A stretch of DNA of 57,523 bases, from assembly GCF_004010195.1 (NCBI RefSeq), contig NC_057719.1, positions 32,496,529 to 32,554,051 on the forward strand, written 5' to 3'. A program made the position numbers and the translations under genes. Positions 11,091 to 21,235 of the stretch are shown piece after piece. The notes below the pieces were generated by a model. It worked only from the letters and a program-made list of their open reading frames with translations. It did not search any database and was not told where the DNA came from. Numbering within the stretch: the first letter of the stretch is position 1; each line of letters begins with the position of its first letter. The DNA comes from Chiloscyllium plagiosum (lineage: Eukaryota).

Positions 11091-13235
11091 TTGGCCTGCG
11101 CTTACTCTGCTCCCTATCCCAGCACGGTCTGCGCTTGCTCTGCTCCCTATCCCGACACAGCCCACGCTCTCTTTGCTCCCTATCCCAGCACGGTGCGCGC
11201 TTGCTCTGCTCCCTATCCCAGCACGGCCCGCGCACACTCTGCTCCCTATCCCAGCACGGTCTGCACTCGCTCTGCTCCCTATCCCAGCACTGCCCACGCA
11301 CACTCTGCACCCAATCCCAGCACGGCCCATGCTTGCTCTGCTCCTGATCCTGGCATAGCTCGCCCTCACTTTGATCCCACTCCCAGGACTTGGCCTGCCC
11401 TCGCTCTGCTCCCTATCCCGGCTCGGACTGCGCTCGCTCTGCTACCAATCCCAGCACGGTCTCCACTTGCTCTGCTCCCTATCCTGGCTCAGCCTGCGCT
11501 CGCTCTGCTATCAATCCCAGCACGGTCTGCGCTTGCTCTGCTCCCTATCCCGGCTCGGCCTGTGCTTGCTCTGCTACCAATCCCGGCACAGCCTGCACTC
11601 GCTATGCTCCCTATCCCAGCACGGGTCGTGCTCACTCTGCTCCAAATCCCAGCACGGCCCGCGCTCGCTCTGCTCCCTATCCCAACACGGCCTGCGCTCG
11701 CTCTGCTCCCAATCCCGGCACAGCCCGCACTCACTCTGCTCTCTATCCCAGCACGGCCCGCGCTCACTCTGCTCCCAATCCCAGCACAGCCCGCGCTCGC
11801 TCTGCTACCAATCCCAGCACGGTCTGCGCTTGCTCTGCTCCCTATTCCGGCACGGCCTGTGCTCGCTCTGCTACCAATCCCGGCACAGCCCGCGCTCACT
11901 CTGCTCCCTATCCCAGAACGGCCCGTGCTCACTCTGCTCCCAATCCCAACACGGTCCGCGCTCGCTCTGCTCCCAATCCCAGCACGGCCCGCGCTCGCTC
12001 TGCTCCCTATCCCAGCACGGCCCGCGTTCACTCTGCTCCCAATCCCGGCACAGCCCGCGCTCGCTCTGCTCCCTATCCCAGCACGGCCCATGCTTGCTCT
12101 GCTCCTGCTACTGGCATAGCCCACCCTCACTCTGCTTCCCCTGCCAGGGCTTGGCCTGCACCCGCTCTGCTCCCTATCCCGGCTCAGTCTGCGCTCGCTC
12201 TGCTTCCAATCCCGGCACGGCCTGCGCTCGCGCTCGTCCCAATCCCGGCACGACCTGCACTCGCTTTGCTCCTTATCCCAGCACGGCCTGTGCTCGCTCT
12301 GCTCCCAATCCCAGCACGGCCTGCACTCGCTCTGCTCCCTATCCCAGCACGGCCTGCACTCGCTCTGCTCCCAATCCTGGCACAGCCTGCGCTCGCCCTG
12401 CTCCTGCTCTGAGGACTCGGCCTGCGCTCGCTCTGCTCCCAATCCTGGCACAGCCTACGCTCGCTCTGCTCCCAATCCCGGCACGGCCTGCGCTCGCTCT
12501 GCTCTCAATCCCGGCACGGTCTGCGCTCGCTCTGCTCCCAATCCCGGCACGGCCTGTGCTAGCTCTGCTCTCTATCCCGGCACAGCCTGCGCTCGCTCTG
12601 CTCCCAATCCCACCACGGCCTGCGCTCGCCCTGCTCCCAATCCCGGCACAGCCTGCGCTCGCTCTGCTCCTGCTCTGAGGACTCAGCCTGCGCTCACACT
12701 CATCCCAATCCCAGCACAGCCTGCGCTCGCTCTGCTCCCAATCCCAACACGGCCCGCGCTCGCTCTGCTCCCAATCCCAGCACGGCCTGCACTCGCTCTG
12801 CTCCCAATCCTAGCACGGCCTGCGCTTGCTCTGCTCCCAATCCCGGCACGGCCCGCGCTCGCTCTGCTCCCAATCCCGGCACGGCCCGCGCTCGCTCTGC
12901 TCCCAATCCCAGCACGGCCTGTGCTCGCTCTGTTCCCAATCCCGGCACGGCCTGCGCTAGCTCTGCTCTCAATCCTGGCACAGCCTGCGCTCGCTCTGCT
13001 CCCAATCCCAGCACGGCCTGTGCTCGCTCTGCTCCCAATCCCAGCACGGCCTGCGCTTGCTCTGCTCCCAATCCCAGCACGGCCCGCGCTCGCTCTGCTA
13101 CCAATCCCAGCACGGCCCGCGCTCGCTCTGCTCCCAATCCCAGCACGGCCTGCACTCGCTCTGCTCCCTATCTCAGCCCAGCCCGCACTCGCTCTGCCCT
13201 ACACCCAGGTTGCTCTGCGCTCACTCTGCCCCTGC
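11090..13235. repeat. 33-bp GC-rich minisatellite (roughly 60-65 units)
   Basis: Consensus GCGCTCGCTCTGCTCCCAATCCCAGCACGGCCT. It produces the 11-aa repeat ORFs (PALALLPIPAR and others) in several frames on both strands. Confidence 0.97.
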
Positions 13236-13807
13236 TCTGGGTCTGACTTGTTCCCGCACCAGGCTGGTCTCAGACTCCACTCTCCATTCCCTCCAGGTAG
13301 GGTACTTTAGGAAGTCATAAGTTGGCATTGGTGGGGGTGGGTTGGCAGGGGCGAGGGGAGCAGAAGAGTAAAACCCTCAGTGAGAGCAAAAGAAAAGAAA
13401 ATTTTTAAAGATGCTGATGAGTAGAGGCTCTCCGGCTGAAATGTCTTCCTACGGTCTCTCACAGCACCAGAAATCCCAGGTTTGGTACTTGACACCTAAA
13501 CCGAGGGATCATGAACCCTTATTGCCAGAATATTGCGCCAAACACTTAGCCTTTGTTTTAATCTTCACCTACCCACCTTGGGATGTGATAGAGAAACAGG
13601 AGGCGTGTATGCTTGCATCGAGGAGGGGATCACCATTTTACAACCATCTAACCTGTATCCAATGTGTCCTCATCCAGTTTGCATGGAAGGTAAATAACAA
13701 ATATCATACCATAATGAGGCTGCATGCCCTAGGTTTAATTTATTGTCCATGTTTATGTCTAACTGATTGTGCTCCAAACATTTGGAAACCGATAAATGAT
13801 GGCAAAG

Positions 13808-13936
13808 GCTGATGGGGTTGAATTTAGATAACTGTGAGGTGTTCCATTTTAGTAACGCAACCCAGGGCAGGAATTATAGAGTTAATAGTAGGGCCCCAGG
13901 GAGTGTTGCTGAACAAAGAGATCGAGAGGTGCAGGT
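13808..13936 (+). mobile_element. Short CR1 ORF2 fragment
   Basis: Similar to the MEFNLDKCEVMHFG...EQ.DLGVQV segment at 15127-15250. Confidence 0.6.
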
Positions 13937-13939
13937 GAA

Positions 13940-16250
13940 GTTGTAAGAATGAGAATTTTGCCTGAAAGCCAAAAAAACCTGAAATTTTACATGAGTTGGT
14001 CAACAGTTTACAAATGGAAACTAAGGATGATGAACTGGATTGAGAATTGGCAGACAGATTAAAACTGGAGCAGCAAAAATGCAAATTTTAATGAAAAAGA
14101 GCAGGAAAGAGAAAGAGGAAGTGAGAGAGAAAGATGAGAAAGAGAGGAAAGAGTAAGGAAAGAAGATAAATATTTAGGAAAGATACAGGAAAAGGAGTTT
14201 GAACTAAGAGAGCTCAAGCTAGGGAGCAGGAACCTACTGTGGATGCCAAAAGCACACTGGCTCACCCTCGAGACAGAGGGAACGTGGTCTAATGATTTAA
14301 TTCCTAGCTTTCAGAAGGCAGAAGTAAAAGATTTACTTTTCTCTTTGAGATAAAGCGGTTAAAGTGGTCTTCCCAATATTGGTCTTTATTAATACAGAGA
14401 AAGCTTCCAGGAAAAGTGCATGAGGTTAACTCCCTGTTATCTGAGGGAAGTGCTACTGATTGCAAGGCAGTGAAAAAAGTTTCATTAGTGTATATCAAAA
14501 ATTCTGTATCCTCAGGAAACAGCATGACTAGATGTACATGGAATTTGAAAAACAAAGCTCACACAGTCTCATGTCTGTCGTCTGCAAGGTGTTAGAAAGG
14601 ATTCTGAGGGATAGAATTTATGACCATCTGGAAGAGCATGGCTTGATTAAAGGCAGTCAACACAACTTTGTGAGGGGCAGGTCATGCCTCACAAATCTTA
14701 TTGAGTTCTTTGAGGATGGTCCTAGACAGGTTGATGGTCGAGCAGTGGATGTTGTGTATATGGACTTCAGTAAGGCATTTGATAAGGTTCCCCATGGTAG
14801 GCTCATTCAGAAGGTCAGGAGGAATGGGATATAGGGTAGTTTAGCTGTCTGGATACAGTATTGGCTGGTCGACAGGAGACAGCGAGTGGTAGTGGAAGGA
14901 AAATATTCTGCCTGGAAGTCAGTGGTGAGTGGTGTTCCACAGGGCTCTGTTCTTGGGCCTCTACTCTTTGTAATTTTTATTAATGACTTGGATGAGAAGA
15001 TTGAAGGATGGGTTAGCAAGTTTGCAGATGACATAAAGGTTGGAGGTGTCATTGACAGTAAAGAGGACTGTTGTAGGCCTGCAGCATGACATTGACAGGA
15101 TGCAGAGATGGGCTGAGAAGTGTCAGATGGAGTTCAACCTGGATAAATGCGAAGTGATGCATTTTGGAAGGTTGAACTTGAAAGTTGAGTACAGGATTAA
15201 AGACAGGATTCTTGGCAGTGTGGAGGAACAGCAGGATCTTGGTGTGCAGGTATATAGATCCCTTAAAATTGCCACTCAATTGGACATGGTTGTTAAGAAA
15301 GCATATGGTGTTTTGGCTTTCATTAACAGGGGGATTGAGTTTAAGAGCCGTGAGATCTTGTTGCAGCTCTATAAAACTTTGGTTAGATTGCACTTGGAAT
15401 ACTGCGTCCAGTTCTGATCACCCTATTATAGGAAAGATGTGGATGCTTTGGAGAGGGTTCAGAGGAGGTTTACCAGGATGCTGCCTGGAATGGAGGACTT
15501 ATCTTACGAAGAGAGGTTGACTGAGCTCGGACTTTTATCATTGGAAAAAAAGAAGGAAGAGAGGGGACCTAATTGAGGTGTACAAGATAATGAGAGGCAT
15601 AGATAGAGTTGATAGCCAGAAACATTTTTCCAGGGCAGAAATTGTTAACAGGAGGGGTCATAGTTTTAAGCTGTTTCGTGGAAAGTATAGAGGGGATGTC
15701 ATAGATGTGTTCTTTACGCGGAGAGTTGTGAGAGCGTGGAATGCATTGCCAGCAGCAGTTGTGGAAGCGAGGTCATTTGGGGATATTCAAGAGACTGCTG
15801 GACATGCATATGGTCACAGAAATTTGTGGGTTTGTACATTAGGTTTACCTCACGTGAGGATCAATGGTCGGCACAACATCGTGGGCTGAAGGGCCTGTTC
15901 TGTGCTGTACTGTTCTATGTTCTATGTTCTCCAGCTTGCTTTTAACCAGAGATTATGGGCAGTTAAGAGAGAAGTCACTTACAGAAAACTCTGAAACATT
16001 TCTCCTTGAGCAGAAGACTTAAAAATGCTATCCACTTCCAAACAGGAATATAACTCAAGAAATACAGAGTGACTGCTTCCAGGCAGACAGCTACATAGAC
16101 TAATGATATTGAGCTGGTCCACACGCCCCTGTTTCTGAAAGCTAGCTCAGAAGTGGATAATGGAGAGAAAGAGGGGGTCTAGTGTCAAAGAAGGAGTCAG
16201 ATGGTGAGAGTGTTGTTCTTCATCAAATATTAATCCATTTTTTTTGGAAA
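13940..16250 (+). mobile_element. Gmr1-like gypsy gag relic, split by the CR1 at 14565-15930
   Basis: A charged coiled-coil region is followed by KWSSQYWSLLIQRKLPGKVHEVNSLLSEGSATD..AVKK (~14360-14480), which parallels WVMLVQTKLVGRVSEVFAMLSDEGSRHYEEVK at 29154-29507. It resumes after the CR1 as AFNQRLWAVKREVTY...DIELVH. Confidence 0.55.
14565..15930 (+). mobile_element. 5'-truncated CR1/HER1 LINE (RT region to 3' tail)
   Basis: Encodes [49 protein letters not shown] and LEYCVQF, with frameshifts. Ends in a (GTTCTAT)n tail. Confidence 0.95.
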
Positions 16251-17900
16251 ATAATATCTTTAAAGAAAAGGTACACATTAGCATTCTTTTAAATGCCAAC
16301 AGCCATCTTTGGACAGTGAGGGGATGAAAGAATGAGCGAGGGAAAGTGGAGGGATTGTCAAGTTTTTGATGATTAATTGTGCAGCAGGGGAAGGGACGGC
16401 ACAACATCCAAGTGCATAATTCAGGAGGAAAAGGTTTTTGCAACTTTGTTTCGCAAATGTGAATAATTCAGATCAGGACGTTTACACTTTCAACTGGCAA
16501 TAAAGCACAAATGAGTCGATTTGGTGATTTCAAGGTTCAACTCTGAGTGGAAGGAATGATCCTTGTAGCTTTTGCACACTCTTTAAAATTATCCTACTGT
16601 CTCCTTCAAAAGAATCATAACATAATTTTTATTTGAATGATTTTGGGAAAAATCTAGGCCTGGTCCTGCTGGAAATCTTGAGATCTATTTCAAGTAACCC
16701 CTCCCTCCATTCTTCCTGATAACTCCAGAAAAATTGTAGCAATGGCAAAAGTTTGGAGAAAGTTTCACTTGTCATATTCATCTTGCGATCATCTTACGCC
16801 CATTAAAATATGGGATTTCAGTGAGACATAAAATCAATTGTCTCAACCAGGCTGCAGAAGGCTGCGAGCACCGCCATGGGAGATCTGCTAGCAACAGTGC
16901 AAAACTCCTCATTATTCAAAATAACTGCTTCTTTTCATCTCTTAGCAAACAGCTCAGATAAACTCTGTTTATACTGAGCTTTGAACTGCACACAGCAAGA
17001 TTCCGAATAATCTTACCAGCTGTTGTGAACCATAATGAATCTCTGTGAAGAAACAGCTGCAGTTGAAGTCAGGAATTTTTGTCTGTGAGCATGCGTCTGA
17101 AGTAGCATCAGAAGGTCTCAGGTAATGAAGTTGAACTCCTTATATCTTTCAAGGACTCAGTCCAGTGAGGTGTTCCCGTTCTTCATTAATCTACCCTGAG
17201 TATTTGCAATATCAACTGAACAGAGAAATATCTTACAAACCTTGTATGCTCTCTGCTCAGCAATAATGTAATAATGTATCCTTCTGATGCCAGGGGAATT
17301 TACGATGACCTTCAACACAGTCCAGTGGAATGTTTGTTTGTAGTTCAAAAGCCTAATGCAGCCACAATGAAGCTATCAGCCACAGCAAAAGGAAGTTTGG
17401 TGCACATGTAAAAGAGACACTCAATAAAGCCCATGACATGTTGTTAGGTAAAAACTCAGTGACCTGGATAAATTCTGTGTAAGTGTAGAGTTCTAATTTC
17501 CAGAATTACTTTGTTCGAAGGTCCAGTTGCATTGCAATAATATGTACATTGCTCATGACTACAGTTCCTGTTCAGGCTGTCGTTGTCAGCTAGAAATAAA
17601 ACCAAAAGGAGCAGCTTTAACACTTCGTATAGGAGACTGTTGCATAATTGAAAGAAAGCCAACCTCAGCACTGCCTCAAATTGAATTGTCTTTCTGCTGA
17701 CTCCGAGTGCTTTATTTATGAAATTAATAACTTTATCTAATTACAAACATCAAATTTCTACATATCATGGAGAATATCTTGGTGGTGAGCACTTTGTGCC
17801 TCAAGAAACATTTTCATCCTATTATGGTTTTGGCATCAACATTCAAACACTGTAAATGAAGAAGTAGGACAGTTCATTTAGCAATGACTTGTAACAATCT

Positions 17901-18116
17901 AAGTTAAAAATCACACAACACCAGATTATAATCCAACAGGTATATTTGATGGCACCAGCTTTCAGAGTGCTGCTCCTTCAGTAGATGGACAACCGCCTGA
18001 TGAAGGAGCAGTACTCCAAAAGCTAGTGCTTCCAAATAAATCTGTTGAATTATAACCTAGTGTTGTGTGATTTTTAACTTTGTATATCCCAGTCCAACAC
18101 CGGCTCCCCCACATCA
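17901..18116. mobile_element. Palindromic PLE-derived mini-element with hammerhead remnants on both arms
   Basis: 17901-18080 is an imperfect inverted repeat with ~85 bp arms (AAGTTAAAAATCACACAACAC...GTGTTGTGTGATTTTTAACTT), followed by a ~36 bp tail. The right arm has CTGATGAAGGAGCAGTACTCCAAAAGCTAGTG. Flanks TGTAACAATCT (17890-17900) / TGTCACAATCT (18117-18127). Confidence 0.75.
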
Positions 18117-19124
18117 TGTCACAATCTCAACTGCTGTCCACTAGGTGGCACTAGGCTAGACTCCCTGTGAGTTTTGACACCAGTAAACTTGATCACCCAG
18201 GACTTCCATCTGTTCTGTCCTATTGCAGCCTTCCCCTTGCACACCATCATAAATTAACCAGTTTCCGAAAATTTCAAATTTTTTAACTGCCGTTATTGGA
18301 AATGTCAGTACTGAAACTCTTTCTATTTCTAGGAAGGAATAACTCTGATGGTATAAATTTTTATCCTGGCTCTGCAAAAGTGATTTTCTTTCCCCTTAAG
18401 CTTCTCCATGGCTTCCATCTACAGTAATTTTGGAATTGATTGCACCTGAAAATGATATCATTTTCTTTCGGCAGATTGACATTAATGCTGTAACAAATTC
18501 TGCTGCTCAATCCATTTGGATTCACACTGTCAATCTACTTTCATTGCTCCTGTATGGGGCCTTGCAGTCAGACCTGATCCTGACCCCACACTTGTACAGT
18601 TTTCACTGAATATGGAGCAGAATCGATGGAGGATAATTGACAAAATATTCATGGAGATCTGAAAATACTATTCAATAAGGATGCAAAATATTCCATTATA
18701 GCAAATATATATATAACTCCACTATTGTGATAACTATCCATCAGAACATTATGAATGATGTTGCAGGAGATATGTTTAAAACACAAGTGTTTTCAGTGCA
18801 TCGAGGTGATAAGTTGGTATCATGATGTTCCTTTGAATGCAATACCTAGTAACCAATGCATTTGTTAAGAAAAACATGATGTTTCATGGTTACCGATTAA
18901 TCTTTGCTCACCATTCATTGTGGTTCCTTTGATAAGATCAAAGTCAACCACAGAGAAAAAGGCTAATGGGCCTAACTAGCCATTGGTAGCATTTATGTAC
19001 AAAACCTGTATGTAACCCAACAGTATATTCTTCTATTTCTTTCTCAGTTATGTGCTGATCTCTTTCACCAGCTGCAACTAGAGTCTTGTTCCTAATTCTG
19101 GCACTGTAAGAGGCTGTGAAACCT

Positions 19125-19840
19125 TTGGAGAAAATACCAAAGACATTGACTGGTATGGATGCCTGCAATGAGGCATTAACATATGGAAATGGACCAGAGA
19201 AGCTGGGTTTTTTTTTGTTAGAGCAGAGAAGGCTAAAAAAAGTTTTGAAAGAGGTGTTTAAAATGATGGAAGATTTAGATAGAGTAAATAAAGAGAGAAT
19301 GTTTCCAGTGTCAGTATTCAGGGTGCACAGATTTTAAGGTAATTGGTGAAAGAATCAGGACAGAGTTGAGTAAACATACTTGAGCAAAGGATGGTTAGGA
19401 TTTGAAGTGCACTGCCTGATAGACTGATGTCAGAATATAGGAACAGAATAGGGGCATGGGAATAATTGAGTTGCTCTTCAAAAGCAGCAACATGGACTCC
19501 ATGAACAAAACTGTCCTCACTTGGTGGAAAGGGTGTGAGTCAGTCCAGAACTAAAGACAATGCTTTATTATTAGGGGTTGCTCTTTTAGGACAGACAATA
19601 AGAATTTTTTCTTTCAGAGTTGTGCATCATTGCAACTTTTAGACTTGGAAGCTGGTACAGATAGGGTCACTAAATATTTTTAAGGTAGACGATAATAGAT
19701 GCATGGGAGGTAGGGGACGTCAAGGGTTATCGAATATAGATGGGAATGTGAAATTTGAAACGAATAGATCTGCCATGAATGGCAGAGCAGGATCGTGGAT
19801 CCAAATGCTCTACTTTTCCACCCATTTCATATATCTGTAT
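19125..19840 (+). mobile_element. Old CR1-like 3' fragments (probably two in tandem)
   Basis: Encodes KLGFFLLEQRRLK..L.EVFKMM..LDRVNKERMFP, followed by degenerate CR1 3' UTR-like sequence. Confidence 0.65.
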
Positions 19841-19879
19841 GAATAGCCTCCTTGTGCTGTTCGCTGGTTTTTCCATTTA

Positions 19880-20560
19880 TCTTCCCTTCAATACATCTAC
19901 GCTGGGTGTCTCAACGACCACTTATAGTAGTATATTCCATTTTCTTACTACTTTTTGGGTTAAGTGGTTTCTCTTAAACTACATTTTGGATTTATTGGTG
20001 ACATTCTTTTATTTAGGACCTGTAGTTTTGTGCTCCCCATGATTGGAGACTTCTTCTTTACATCTACTGGAATAAATCCTTTCATTTTCTATAAAGATCT
20101 ATATCTAGTCTCCCCTCAGCATCCTCATTTTTAGAAAAGAAGTGTCAGCCTATTTGTAATACACCAAAGTTGGATACAAGTTCAGTCTAATGTCTCTGCT
20201 TTCCAATTCCATTTCTTTAAAATCATCCCCACTTGCTTGGTTTGTTTTTTATTCTCTTTATAATGGTTTTCTTGATGACCTATGTATTTAGTGCTCCATG
20301 AATGTGCAGCCTGAAACTCTTCATCTCTCTCTTTTATCATTTTTATTGTCAAATCTGTGTGTGACTTCTTTACTAATCCAATCAAAATGAATCACCTATC
20401 CGTGTTCAAATTAATTTGACAATCACTCTAGCATTCTGTAAGTTTATGAATGTTTTATTTTATTTTGCTGTATTCTTCCTTTGTTAACCATACCACCAAT
20501 GTTTGAAATAATATCTTCAATACGCAGTACCTAAATCAATTATATGAGTTGCATGTGGTC
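19880..20560 (-). mobile_element. Highly degraded CR1-like ORF2 fragment
   Basis: Weak similarity to the other minus-strand CR1 copies (TCTCCCCTCAGC.TCCTC, GGTCCCAGCACAATCCTTG). Confidence 0.45.
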
Positions 20561-20884
20561 CCAGCACAATCCTTGGATAATAACTCACTTTTGCTAATCT
20601 AAGAAGGCGTTGTGGCAAAATGATTGGAAAAAGGGTGTTCAATCCAAATAAAGAGTGATGTTATGGGGATGGAAAAGGGATCAGAGCACCTTCTTCTGGA
20701 TCTTGTGAGGAAAAGCAAGACAGTGCATCTTCTTGGTCAGATTATTAACAGAAGCCTAATGACCTGCCTCGTAAGTCTTAATATCTTAAGTAAAGTCCTG
20801 TAGATCATAATTACTTTGCATTCTCGGAGCGAGAGAGAGTCATTCCCGCCACCACCACCACTCAATAGCAGCACGAGGTAACAT

Positions 20885-21235
20885 CCACATGATGCACTGC
20901 AGCAACTCTCCAACGCTCCTCAGGCAGTACTTTCCAAACCCATGAGTACAACCATCAAGCAGGAGAAAGGAATCAGATACATGGAAGCACCACCAATTGC
21001 AAATTTCCCCTCAAGTCATTTTCCACCCTGACAGTGAAGTATATTGTTACTCTATCAGTGTCAGTGGACTAAAACCCTGGAACTTTCTACCTAATAGCAT
21101 TGTGGGTGTATCTGCAGTAAGTGGACTGTAGAGTTTCTCGAAGGCAGATCATCACCATCTTCTGAAGGATAATTAGGGATAGGCAATAATTGTTGGGCCA
21201 TCCAATGAAACTCACATTCCCTTGAATGAAATTAT
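20885..21235 (+). mobile_element. 3' end of an old CR1/L2-like LINE sharing its tail with the SacSINE1-like SINE
   Basis: Ends AATTAGGGATAGGCAATAAT...CCCTTGAATGAA, matching the reverse complement of 39446-39510. Confidence 0.6.

Noticed and set aside
11090..13235. CRISPR-like array (33-bp period)
   Set aside because: The units are head-to-tail with no unique spacers, there are no cas genes, and the context is eukaryotic.
11091..13320. Long ORFs (320-435 aa) as protein-coding genes
   Set aside because: They occur in several frames on both strands only because the 33-bp unit is a multiple of three and lacks stops. Many start at non-ATG codons, and there is no splice or domain evidence.
19048..19105. 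Possible exon (polypyrimidine-CAG ... GTAAG)
   Set aside because: All three frames contain a stop codon and no partner exons were found.
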